Positions 36,822 through 46,702 of a stretch of 64,000 nucleotides of DNA are shown one piece after another. This DNA comes from Thermoplasmata archaeon. Lineage in GTDB: Archaea > Thermoplasmatota > Thermoplasmata > GCA-020350865. Location: contig CP070751.1 in assembly GCA_020348445.1 (NCBI GenBank), positions 3,089,702 through 3,153,701 of the forward strand, given 5' to 3'. The notes under the pieces were generated by a model that saw only the letters and a program-made list of their open reading frames with translations, ran no database searches and was not told the DNA's origin. Made by a program: the position numbers and the translations under genes. Each line of letters starts with the position of its first letter. The stretch's first letter is position 1.

Positions 36822-39287
36822 CTATTCTTCTGTGGTCTCTTCCAGATCTCCAAGGGCATCATTAATTACCTCTTCAATTTCCTCATCCTGTTCTATTGGC
36901 TCCTCTGGAGGAAGTGCTTCTCTTTTTGGTTCTGATTTTGGGGTCTCTTTTAGCATTTTGTTGGCCTTGTTTATGAAAATCAACGCAATTATAATAAATA
37001 CAATGGCGATAATCAAAAGTAGGATGGAGACAAGCAGATATGTATCATGTTTTTCATTGGCCTTCTTTGCATCTTCCTTGGCTGAATCTAGATTGTCATC
37101 ATGCGTATTGAGGTTGTCATCATGTGTACCGAGGTTCCCATCCTGGGTTGTGAGGTGAGAATCTATATTTGCTGCTGCTTCTGTGATGTTACTTTTGATA
37201 TCAGCAGCCTCCAAAGCCACGTCTTCCTCTAAGTCCCCGATTTCTCCCAAAACCACGGCAAGCTCATCTAAAAGCTCGGTCCTTGTGAGATTGTTCTCAT
37301 CCTCCACCAGATCCTCCAATCCATCCAATATCGCTTTGACCTCAGTGTCATGGGTCGTGATATTATCTATAAATCCATCAAACATTGCAATTGTATCGTT
37401 TATTTTACCCAGTATTTCACTTCTTGTATAATTGTGTTCGTTTTCCACTACATCAGACAGTGAGTTGATGGTATCGTTAAGAGCCTCGTGCTGGTCCTCT
37501 AATTCATCCAATTTCGCCATTAGATCAGCCAATTGATCATTAAGACTCTTGCCCGAAACTGTAAAGGTAGTGGTATTCGTGGCCTCCCATATCAGGAAAT
37601 CACCGTCATGTGCATATGCAGTAGCCGTTACGTCATATGGTCCCAACTCTGCATCACTGGGTAAATGCAAAATAACCATGTACTGGTTGGCAGTGGGCAG
37701 CATTTCCTCAACTGCAAACATCTCGTTTCCACTTGGATCTGTATACTCAACAACAAGATCTATGGAATCATATGGCGGTGGAGCCTTTGTGTTCACTATC
37801 ACTGTTACATCTTGATCAGGGGTGTATTCAGCCATTAAAGTATTAATTGATATGTAATCACCTGATGAGACTGCGTTGTTTATGACAACATCCACGGTAT
37901 CGGTAAGGGAGGGGGCATTGTCCCTCAATCCCTCTGCTCTTATTGTGTACGTCCCACCCTCAGTCAATACAGTTGTGTCCAAAACAAATTGATAGGGATC
38001 GTTGGTATCCAAGAATATGGCTTCTGTTCCAAGAAAGAATGTCACTGCTTCAACGTAATTTGATGTCACGAACACCTCGAATCTAGCGTTCCCGCTCACG
38101 TAATCTCCGTCTCTATGGGATATGAATACTAGTTCGCCCCGATCCAAAGCATATACTCGCACCTCGTTTGTGGTGCTGGCCATACCAATCACAGCTTCCA
38201 TATTGCTTTCGCCGTATGCATCGCCTATTGCGACAGATAAAACATCTTGTGGTGTGTCCGCAATTATCTCTTCCAGCCAGATACCACCTCCGGAATCATA
38301 CTCAAATGCCCTGACCTCGTTATCTGTACTTGACATGCCAATTAAGATCTCGTTGCTCGCGTCATTGTCCACATCTCCAACTGCCACTGAGTTAACATCA
38401 GTATCAACATCGGGAAGCAAAACGGGGTGTATACCCCATGATCCTCCCAATTTTCTGAATACCCGCACCTCGCCTGCAGTGCTGTCAAGACCAACCACAA
38501 CGTCATTGTTCCCGTCATTGTCAGCATCGCCTATTGCAACGGAGTTTACATTTACTAATGCGGTTGATATGTTATCCACTTCCCAGGCACTAGAGACATT
38601 TTCATAAGCCCTAATATTGAAGTTGGTTGCGGCGCTGTCCAAGCCCAATACGATCTCATTGTTTCCGTCGTTGTCAGCATCGCCTATTGCCACTGAGTAA
38701 ACATTGTAACCTATAGGGATAGCATGATCTGAACTCCAACTACCATCTTTCTCGTAGGACATAACCTCGTCTCCGACAACGTCCATCCCTGCGATAATCT
38801 CATTTTTACCGTCATTGTCTGCATCTCCAATGGCAACTGAATTAACGTTCACACCTTGATTATCAATGCCCTCCTTTTGCCATGTACCGCCGTCTTTTTT
38901 ATAGGCCCATAGCTCTTCTGCACCACCGGGTACTAAACCCACTACAACCTCATTAAAACCATCGTTGTCAGCATCACCAATTGCAACTGTCAATACATCT
39001 GTATTCCCCACATCATCAATTATATCTTCAACCCATTGGTTTCCAATCTTCTCATATGCTCTAAGCTCATTGGTTGTCTGATCCATACCGACTACGACCT
39101 CGTTATTACCATCATTATCGGCATCTCCAACTGCAACAGCGTTTACGGTCTCAGGAGAATCTGTTATTATCCTTTCTATCCAGTCATCGGGTGCACCTTG
39201 AACATTGCCTATGATTCCGAACATCCCGATGCACATTGCTCCCAAAAGCAGGCTCACTAATACCATTGATACAACCTTCATTCTCAT
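36822..39287 (-). CDS. Single-pass surface protein: 7-bladed FG-GAP/VCBS-like propeller, Ig-like domains, coiled-coil stalk, TM, acidic tail
   Basis: Signal peptide, seven V..VA(I/V)GD.DND..NE...G-type repeats (the seventh degenerate), heptad-rich stalk, C-terminal TM LLVSILLLIIAIVFIIIALIFI. Confidence 0.85.
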   Translation of the reverse strand: MRMKVVSMVLVSLLLGAMCIGMFGIIGNVQGAPDDWIERIITDSPETVNAVAVGDADNDGNNEVVVGMDQTTNELRAYEKIGNQWVEDIIDDVGNTDVLTVAIGDADNDGFNEVVVGLVPGGAEELWAYKKDGGTWQKEGIDNQGVNVNSVAIGDADNDGKNEIIAGMDVVGDEVMSYEKDGSWSSDHAIPIGYNVYSVAIGDADNDGNNEIVLGLDSAATNFNIRAYENVSSAWEVDNISTALVNVNSVAIGDADNDGNNDVVVGLDSTAGEVRVFRKLGGSWGIHPVLLPDVDTDVNSVAVGDVDNDASNEILIGMSSTDNEVRAFEYDSGGGIWLEEIIADTPQDVLSVAIGDAYGESNMEAVIGMASTTNEVRVYALDRGELVFISHRDGDYVSGNARFEVFVTSNYVEAVTFFLGTEAIFLDTNDPYQFVLDTTVLTEGGTYTIRAEGLRDNAPSLTDTVDVVINNAVSSGDYISINTLMAEYTPDQDVTVIVNTKAPPPYDSIDLVVEYTDPSGNEMFAVEEMLPTANQYMVILHLPSDAELGPYDVTATAYAHDGDFLIWEATNTTTFTVSGKSLNDQLADLMAKLDELEDQHEALNDTINSLSDVVENEHNYTRSEILGKINDTIAMFDGFIDNITTHDTEVKAILDGLEDLVEDENNLTRTELLDELAVVLGEIGDLEEDVALEAADIKSNITEAAANIDSHLTTQDGNLGTHDDNLNTHDDNLDSAKEDAKKANEKHDTYLLVSILLLIIAIVFIIIALIFINKANKMLKETPKSEPKREALPPEEPIEQDEEIEEVINDALGDLEETTEE

Positions 39288-39532
39288 GTCTTTTGCCTCC
39301 TCTTCAAGTCTATTTTCAGACTTTGTTTTTAATCGGTCCCATCCGATTTATTCCTAATAAATTATTACAAATATATAAGAATATCTAATTTTTGAGGGGT
39401 TATTATTAAAAAAGATAATGAGGAGTATTGAGAGGATGATCTTAACCAAATCCCTTCCTGATTACTTTATTATTGACCCTCCTCTTTCGCCTACCTTTTA
39501 AATATCCCTAATCGATACCCTATTGGATTGAC

Positions 39533-40849
39533 ATGGAGCCCATCGAAGACTGGCGCAGAAGTCAGTACGCATCCGAAATCACCACCGAGGATTTCGAATC
39601 AGAGGTTACGGTTGGGGGCTGGATACAGGATATTCGAAATCTTGGCGGAATCGCGTTCATCCAGTTAAGAGATCGAACAGGTGTAGTGCAGGTAACGGTA
39701 ATCAAAAAAGAGCACGGCAAGGAATTTTTCAAGAAGATAACCTCACTTCCGAGAGAAACCGTGATCATGGTAAAAGGAAAGGTCCAGCCCAATGAGCAGG
39801 TGGCAAGCGGATTTGAAGTCCTGCCTAAAGAGATGAAGGTCCTGGGAATGGCAAATACCCCTTTACCTTTGGGTGTGGTTGACAAGGTGGACGCGGACAT
39901 GGATACAAGACTTGATGCCAGGTTCATTGACCTTAGAAAGGAAGAGGTCGCAGCGGTATTCAAAATCCGATCCACTATCTTAAGTGCTGTCCGCGAAGTA
40001 TTCGAATCCGAGGGTTTCATAGAAGTCCACACTCCAAAAATCGTGGCCACTGCAACAGAAGGCGGCACCGCACTTTTTGAAGCATCATACTTCGAGAAAA
40101 AGGCCTACCTCAACCAATCGCCCCAGCTCTATAAACAGATGCTCATGGCCACAGGATTTGACAGGGTCTACGAGATTGGTCCTGCATTTAGGGCAGAGGA
40201 GCATGATACCACAAGGCATCTGAACGAGTTCACATCCATTGACATTGAAATAGCCTTCTCAGATGAAGAGGACGCCATGGGAGTTCTGGAAAGATGTGTC
40301 TACAATGCGATCCTTAGAACAAGGGAGAAAAATGAAAAGGAGATGAGGATCTTGGGGGCAGATATGGACATCCCAGCACTCCCCCTTCAAAGAATAACCT
40401 ATTCAGAATGCCTTGATATGATCAAAGAAGGCGGATTTGAAATGGAATGGGGTGAGGACTTTCCCATGGAAGCAATGAAGATCCTTGGTGAGAAGGTACC
40501 TGATTTCTTTTTCATCACAAAATGGCCCACAAAGAGCAAGCCCTTTTATACCCAGCCCTATGAGGACAAACCTGAGGTATGCCGGGGTTTCGACCTCCAA
40601 TACAAAGAAAAGGAAATCACCTCAGGGGCTCAGAGGGTTCATGATGTGGAACTGTTAAAGAAAAGATTGGAGGAGCAGGGCCTAAACCCTTCAGAATTCA
40701 CATTTTACCTGGATGCGTTCGAATATGGTATGCCACCACATGCTGGCTGGGGCTTGGGTGCAGAAAGATTGACTATGATACTTACAGGCATGCAGAATAT
40801 AAGGGAGTGCGTGCTGTTTCCAAGGGATAGGAAAAGATTGGTCCCTTAG
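39533..40849 (+). CDS. aspS: Aspartate--tRNA ligase, archaeal type
   Basis: OB-fold N-terminus (F..LRDR.G..Q), [32 protein letters not shown]. Confidence 0.96.
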   Translation: MEPIEDWRRSQYASEITTEDFESEVTVGGWIQDIRNLGGIAFIQLRDRTGVVQVTVIKKEHGKEFFKKITSLPRETVIMVKGKVQPNEQVASGFEVLPKEMKVLGMANTPLPLGVVDKVDADMDTRLDARFIDLRKEEVAAVFKIRSTILSAVREVFESEGFIEVHTPKIVATATEGGTALFEASYFEKKAYLNQSPQLYKQMLMATGFDRVYEIGPAFRAEEHDTTRHLNEFTSIDIEIAFSDEEDAMGVLERCVYNAILRTREKNEKEMRILGADMDIPALPLQRITYSECLDMIKEGGFEMEWGEDFPMEAMKILGEKVPDFFFITKWPTKSKPFYTQPYEDKPEVCRGFDLQYKEKEITSGAQRVHDVELLKKRLEEQGLNPSEFTFYLDAFEYGMPPHAGWGLGAERLTMILTGMQNIRECVLFPRDRKRLVP

Positions 40850-40880
40850 ATATTCACACCATTGCAAGTTAAAGGCCAAT

Positions 40881-41720
40881 CTATTCCGTCTTCTTTTCTA
40901 CGATGTGCAAATCCCTTTGTGGATATGGTATTGAGATTCCTTGCCTGTCATATCCCTCTTTTAAGGCCTTCTGAAGATCAAAGAAAACATCCCAGTAGTC
41001 AGCGGTTTTACACCATGGTCTCACAACAAAGACAACTGCGGAGTCCCCCATCTCAGAAACCGCAATTTGGGGAGCGGGATCCTTGATAACCTTGGGATGG
41101 GAGTTTATAATATCCATGGTGGTCTTTACCACTTTGTCCAAATTGTCATCATAGCCCACCCCCACCTCCATATCCACCCTGCGAATTGGATTTCTTGTGA
41201 AGTTGGTAATGTTGGCTCCAAAGACGACCTTGTTCGGGATAATGATGTGCTTATTATCCGGGGTGTCCATTTCAGTTATGCTGACCCCGACACTCTTTAC
41301 CACTCCGCTCTCGCCAGCAATGGTTACGAAGTCTCCTGCGGAAAACGGTTTTGTTATGGCCAACATAAATCCAGCCGCGATATTTCCCAGTGTATCTGAC
41401 ATGGCGAAGCCAAGGACAAAGCCTATGACGATTGCCACACTGGCCATTACAGTTGCCATGATCGCGCCCAGGCCTAAAAATCCAAGGGCTGTGAAAACCA
41501 CGAAGATGTAAAGAAATATTCTCACGAGCCTTGATGTAAATTCAGCTAAAATCTCGGAAGCCTTGGCTCTTAAAAGTGATTTTCTAACGGCTCGACCCAC
41601 GATCTTTACAATTATCACGCCTATTAAAAGCACGATAATAAATACTATCATATTCCAAACGCTGATCCCAATCAAGGGTAGAGATTCCTCTATATTATAT
41701 CCAAATAATTCTATCGCCAC
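40881..41720 (-). CDS. Small-conductance mechanosensitive channel (MscS family)
   Basis: Three TM helices, N.AAG....KPF..GD.V, IIIPN, RRVD..VGVGY, IPYPQRD. Confidence 0.93.
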   Translation of the reverse strand: MAIELFGYNIEESLPLIGISVWNMIVFIIVLLIGVIIVKIVGRAVRKSLLRAKASEILAEFTSRLVRIFLYIFVVFTALGFLGLGAIMATVMASVAIVIGFVLGFAMSDTLGNIAAGFMLAITKPFSAGDFVTIAGESGVVKSVGVSITEMDTPDNKHIIIPNKVVFGANITNFTRNPIRRVDMEVGVGYDDNLDKVVKTTMDIINSHPKVIKDPAPQIAVSEMGDSAVVFVVRPWCKTADYWDVFFDLQKALKEGYDRQGISIPYPQRDLHIVEKKTE

Positions 41721-41826
41721 GTTTTCATCCCCTTATTTTGTAAAAAGAGATGAAGAGGTATAAAATTTTCTATTGCATATTTATAATCCAGCCAGGTATA
41801 AAAATAAATATGATTTCCGAAAATAG

Positions 41827-42675
41827 TTATGGCTTCCTCCAAGCCTGTTCCATTTCCTTGATCCATCTGAGCCTTTTATTGAGATTTGCCTCCACTTCCT
41901 CCCTTTTCTTGAAACCCTTCTCGATCAGGGCCAGTCTTTTTATAGCCACAATTATGGCATCCACTGATGGGTCGTTCAGATCTAATCCTGAGGCCTCAAA
42001 TTGTTTTCTCAATATGGGCATTGCATCATCAGGTCTGCCAAATTCCTTGCTAAAATCGGAAATTATTCTGTCAATTAGTTGGGAAAATGCGTTTATTTCT
42101 CCTTCCACTTCCCTGATTTTAACCTGTTTTATGGGAACAGAATCCCTAAATCCGATCATTCTTTTTCCTATTGCATAGAATCCTCTTTTCACATTTTCAC
42201 CACTTTTGGCACTTGTAAAGAAGAACGGCGCCTTGTATTTATCCTTAAATCTCTTCAGTTCTTTTTCACCAAATTGTGCATCCTCCTTAAGATCCCACTT
42301 ATTTGCAAGGACAACAAAAGGGACTTGGCCTACAATGTTTATCACATTTGGGATCCAATAGCTCTCCAAACTCTCTAATGTATCCTTTCTCGTGATATCT
42401 ACAACCAAAAGAACACCCGATGTCCCTGGAAGACTGGATTTATGCAGTTCTAAATATCCTTTTTGTCCTAGAATGTCCCAGATATTGAGTTTGAGATAAT
42501 GTGTATTTGCATCTCTGGTGATCTGTATGTTCCTTGATGTGATTTTAAATCCTACGGTAACCAAATATTTGTCATCGAACTTATCGACTACAAATCTTCT
42601 GATGAGGCTGGTTTTTCCCACTGCACCATCACCGAGGAGGATTACTTTCTTCTTGATTTCTGCTTCACTGTCCAT
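41827..42675 (-). CDS. Rab-like small GTPase with C-terminal helical domain (subtype A)
   Basis: G1 GDGAVGKTS, G2 T, G3 WDILGQ, G4 NKWD, G5 SAK; about 100-aa helical extension. Confidence 0.9.
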   Translation of the reverse strand: MDSEAEIKKKVILLGDGAVGKTSLIRRFVVDKFDDKYLVTVGFKITSRNIQITRDANTHYLKLNIWDILGQKGYLELHKSSLPGTSGVLLVVDITRKDTLESLESYWIPNVINIVGQVPFVVLANKWDLKEDAQFGEKELKRFKDKYKAPFFFTSAKSGENVKRGFYAIGKRMIGFRDSVPIKQVKIREVEGEINAFSQLIDRIISDFSKEFGRPDDAMPILRKQFEASGLDLNDPSVDAIIVAIKRLALIEKGFKKREEVEANLNKRLRWIKEMEQAWRKP

Positions 42676-42724
42676 ATGAACACCATTTTCGTTTGAATAT
42701 TGTTATCAATTCACTATTTCTTCT

Positions 42725-43579
42725 TCATTGGTTTTCAGTTTCCTTGATCCAGTTGAGTCTCCTTACAAGATTTGCCTCTGCAATCTCACTTTTCTTATAA
42801 CTCCCCTCAATCCTTGCCAATCTGTGAACCGCCCTTCTCAAAGCTATTCTTGATGGGGCATTGAGGTCCAGACCTGCGATTTCAAATTGTTTGCGCACCA
42901 GAGGCATAGCCTCTTCTAGATTACCATGATGCTTACAAAAATCATCAATTATTTTATCAATTAACTGGGTAATTTCGCTTTTTTCGCCTTCAAAAAGCAG
43001 ACGTGGATGAATTATCCTGTGTTTGGCGGGCCTAATTGGTTTTCCACCATTGAACTCGATCATTCTTTCTCCTAAAGCATAAAATGCCTGGTTCACATTC
43101 TCTCCATTTTTTGCACTCGTAAAATAGAAAGAAGCATTGTATTTTGACGCAAATTTTTCCAGATGTGTCTCGTCAAATTCGGCATCCTCCATTAGATCGA
43201 ATTTATTGGCCAATATTATCAAAGGTACGTTACCCACCATGTTCTGCACTTTTGGTATCCAATAGGTAGCTAAACTGAACAATGTATTCTTTCGTGTAAT
43301 ATCGGCTACCATCATTACTCCATCTGTACCCCGAAACGTGGAATGATGCAGCTTTGTGTATCCCTTCTGCCCCAAGATATCCCAAATCTGTAGCATTAGG
43401 AATATCGCTTCTTTTTCAACTGTTACCTGTATTGCCTTTCCTGTGACTTTTGTACCTATCGTAATCACATATTTATCATCGTACATGTCCAGTACGAATC
43501 TTCGAATGAGACTGGTTTTTCCAACTGCTCCATCGCCGAGCAAGATTATTTTTTTCTGAATCTCATTCATATTGCTCAT
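42725..43579 (-). CDS. Rab-like small GTPase with C-terminal helical domain (subtype A)
   Basis: GDGAVGKTS, TIG, WDILGQ, NKFD, SAK. Start moved to MSNMN (GGTGG RBS). Confidence 0.9.
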   Translation of the reverse strand: MSNMNEIQKKIILLGDGAVGKTSLIRRFVLDMYDDKYVITIGTKVTGKAIQVTVEKEAIFLMLQIWDILGQKGYTKLHHSTFRGTDGVMMVADITRKNTLFSLATYWIPKVQNMVGNVPLIILANKFDLMEDAEFDETHLEKFASKYNASFYFTSAKNGENVNQAFYALGERMIEFNGGKPIRPAKHRIIHPRLLFEGEKSEITQLIDKIIDDFCKHHGNLEEAMPLVRKQFEIAGLDLNAPSRIALRRAVHRLARIEGSYKKSEIAEANLVRRLNWIKETENQ

Positions 43580-43597
43580 TAACAAACCACCAATAAT

Positions 43598-44449
43598 CTA
43601 CTTTTTTATCTCCTCGATCCATTTGAGCCTCTTTTCGTGGTCCATCTTGGCGTCTTGCCTTTTCTTGAAGCTCATCTCAACAATCGCCAATCTATCAACG
43701 ACTCTTATTAGCGCTTCTAATGATGGATTGTTAAGATCCAACTCTGCAAGTTCGATTTGCCTTCTTATAATCGGCATTGCATCCTCTAAATCGGCATATT
43801 CCTCGCAAAAATCATCTATAATCCTATCGATAAGTCTCGTTATCTCACCTTTTTCACTTCCAAAAAGCAACCGAGGATGGATTATAGTCGGTTTTGCAAT
43901 CATTGTAGGCTCAACACGTTTGGGGCTGATAATATATGCCCCCAGTGTGTGAAATGCTTGTTTAACATTCTCACCACTTTTTGCACTTGATTGGTAGAAG
44001 GGTACCTTGTATCTTGTGGCTAGCTCCTTCAACTCATCCCTTGAAAATTCCGCTTTTTTAAGAAGATCGCACTTATTGGCCAGTATGATAAAAGGAATTT
44101 TCCCAACGATGTTTTGCATCTTAGGGATCCAATATTTTTCCAGGCTATGCAATGTTTCCTTTCTTGTGATGTCCGCCACCATGAAAACACCTGATGTCCC
44201 CCGAAAGCTGGATTTGTGAAGCTTCGAGTAACCTCTCTGTCCCAGAATATCCCATATCTGGAGTTTTAGTTTGATTAACTCATTATCCATTGGAATTTCT
44301 ATTACTTTTGCCGTGGTTTTGGTTCCAATTGTGGCGATATATTTATCGTCGAATCTATCCAAGACGAATCTCCTAATAAGGCTTGTTTTTCCTACTGCGG
44401 CCTCGCCAAGAACAAGCATCTTTTTCATCATATTCTTAACTTTCGTCAT
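43598..44449 (-). CDS. Rab-like small GTPase with C-terminal helical domain (B-like N-terminus, A-like remainder)
   Basis: GEAAVGKTS, YIATIGTKTTAK, KLQIWDILGQ, NKCD, SAK. Start moved to MTKVK. Confidence 0.9.
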   Translation of the reverse strand: MTKVKNMMKKMLVLGEAAVGKTSLIRRFVLDRFDDKYIATIGTKTTAKVIEIPMDNELIKLKLQIWDILGQRGYSKLHKSSFRGTSGVFMVADITRKETLHSLEKYWIPKMQNIVGKIPFIILANKCDLLKKAEFSRDELKELATRYKVPFYQSSAKSGENVKQAFHTLGAYIISPKRVEPTMIAKPTIIHPRLLFGSEKGEITRLIDRIIDDFCEEYADLEDAMPIIRRQIELAELDLNNPSLEALIRVVDRLAIVEMSFKKRQDAKMDHEKRLKWIEEIKK

Positions 44450-44651
44450 TTTCAATACCTTTTTGGTGATTTCTTCCTTTAGTCTGCTATACACCTAAAT
44501 ATGAGTGGACTTTTTTTCCTGCTTTTATTTCCACAATAAGGTGATATATCGGTGCAACAGTCCAATATCGTCTCCTTTTTTCTTTTATCCACCTTATATA
44601 TTCGCGATTAATTTCTAATGTCTCGATATCGATCTATTTTTATTTATCAAC

Positions 44652-45506
44652 TTATGCAATCATTCTAATCAATGATGTATAGGCTTTCTTTTCCTTTGTT
44701 AATCTAGATGCTTCTATTTGATTTGAAGCGGCATCGATTAGTAAGTCTACAACTTTTGAAAGCCCTTCAACAGTGGGAAATGCAAAGTTAACATCTGCCT
44801 TCTTGAACTGTGCCCTTATCATGGACATTGCAATATCCGGATCCTCAAGAAGATCGCAATATCTTGCCATGATTATATCTTCAACTTCCAATGCTGACAG
44901 CCTTCGCCCTGGTGTAAGTTCCACCTCCATTCCCTTCACAAATCCACCGGTGATTTCCGGTAAATGCCCCATTTTTAGTCCACTCCAGGGTGTGACCATC
45001 ATCTTACTTAGGGTCTCAAAGGCTATACTCACATTATCCCCAGTTTTTGCACTTGTGAGAAAATATGGGAAACCATAAATCCTGAGAAGCGCCATAATCT
45101 CATCCTCACTAAGCTCGGCTTCTAAATCGTTTTTATTGGCCAAAACGACCACAGGAATCTCTCCAGCAACTTTATAAAGGGACAATAACCAGGCCTCAAA
45201 TGAAAAAATGGTCTCCTTTCTTGTGATATCTATTACAATGAACGCTCCGTTAGCACCTTTGTAAGTCTTCATCTGAAGCTTGGAAAAGCACCTTAATCCC
45301 TGAATGTCCCAAATCTGAAGCTTCATGCCTACAACTTTCTCATCAATGTTGATTTGCATGGGTTTGGCAGTGGTTTTCGTTCCTATTGTTGCAACATATC
45401 TATCCTCGTACTTGTTGTATACAAATCTTCTAATTAGACTTGTTTTTCCCACTGCTCCCTCGCCAATCACACACATCTTCTTAACCATTTCCTTGGCTTC
45501 GGTCAT
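44652..45506 (-). CDS. Rab-like small GTPase with C-terminal helical domain (subtype B, switch-II Gln replaced by Leu)
   Basis: GEGAVGKTS, KLQIWDIQGL, NKND, SAK. Confidence 0.9.
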   Translation of the reverse strand: MTEAKEMVKKMCVIGEGAVGKTSLIRRFVYNKYEDRYVATIGTKTTAKPMQINIDEKVVGMKLQIWDIQGLRCFSKLQMKTYKGANGAFIVIDITRKETIFSFEAWLLSLYKVAGEIPVVVLANKNDLEAELSEDEIMALLRIYGFPYFLTSAKTGDNVSIAFETLSKMMVTPWSGLKMGHLPEITGGFVKGMEVELTPGRRLSALEVEDIIMARYCDLLEDPDIAMSMIRAQFKKADVNFAFPTVEGLSKVVDLLIDAASNQIEASRLTKEKKAYTSLIRMIA

Positions 45507-45803
45507 TTATATAACCTTCTTTTGACTTCCGATGACTCGTTACAGGGGATTAGACCAAGGGCCATCTGATTTACTTATTGTTAATTTCCCGTGATAATTT
45601 CAATGTGGTCTTCCCACCCTTTTTTCCATTAATTGTCGATATTTCAAATATTGGCTACAATTAATTATAAATCCCATTGGCCATTAAATATTTTTGACGA
45701 TAAAATCAGGTTTGATAATTATGTTGGGTATAAACTGGTATTATTGGGATAAAAAATAAAAAAGGTCACGGGTCTTTATGACCAATATATGCCTATTCGA
45801 ATG

Positions 45804-46637
45804 TTAAAAATCGAAATCCTTTATCCATTTGAGCCTTTTTACGCGATTTGTCTCTGCAATCTCCCATTCCTTGTAACCCTTCTCAATCATAGCCAATCTT
45901 TCAACAGCCAATTTTAAGGTCCCTTTCGATGGTTTGGTAAGGTCTAATTCAGCTAACTCGAATTGTTTTCTTAACAAAGGCATAGCATCTGATATGCTCC
46001 CATATTCCTTACAAAAGTCATCTATTATTTTATCAATGAGATCGGCCATCTCTCCCTTTTCGCTCTCATCCACCTCTGATTTTAAACCTAATGGTGATGC
46101 GGTACGTTTGACTTCGAGCACCCTATTTCCCAGGGCATGGAATGCATCCTTCACGTTTTCTCCATTTTTTGCACTTGTAAAAAAGAAAGGTACCATGAAT
46201 TTGGATGCGAATTTTCTCAGATCTTCCTCTTTAAATTCGGCTCTTTGGATAAGATCTGATTTGTTGGCGAGAATAACAAAGGGAACTGTTCCAACGATGT
46301 TCTTCACCTCTGGTAGCCAATAGCTCCTTATACTTTCCAATGTATCCTTCCTGGTGAGATCTGCCACCATCATAACGCCATCTGTGCCTCTGAAGCTGGA
46401 TTCATGGAGCTTTGTGTACCCTTTTTGCCCCAGTATATCCCATATCTGAAGTTTAAGATAAAATATCTCTTTTTCAGTCTCAATCTGCAAGGCCTTGGCC
46501 GTTACCTTGGAGCCAATGGTGAGGATATATTTATCATCGAACTTGTCCACAACAAATCTCCGAATAAGGCTCGTTTTACCAACGGCCCCATCACCAAGAA
46601 GTATTATTTTTTTCTGGACCTCTTTTACATCTGCCAT
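45804..46637 (-). CDS. Rab-like small GTPase with C-terminal helical domain (subtype A)
   Basis: GDGAVGKTS, KLQIWDILGQ, NKSD, SAK. Confidence 0.9.
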   Translation of the reverse strand: MADVKEVQKKIILLGDGAVGKTSLIRRFVVDKFDDKYILTIGSKVTAKALQIETEKEIFYLKLQIWDILGQKGYTKLHESSFRGTDGVMMVADLTRKDTLESIRSYWLPEVKNIVGTVPFVILANKSDLIQRAEFKEEDLRKFASKFMVPFFFTSAKNGENVKDAFHALGNRVLEVKRTASPLGLKSEVDESEKGEMADLIDKIIDDFCKEYGSISDAMPLLRKQFELAELDLTKPSKGTLKLAVERLAMIEKGYKEWEIAETNRVKRLKWIKDFDF

Positions 46638-46702
46638 GGTTAAACCGCCGAAACTTACATTTTTCCCATTTTCTGATAGTTAACTCATTTTTAGCAATAT
46701 TA

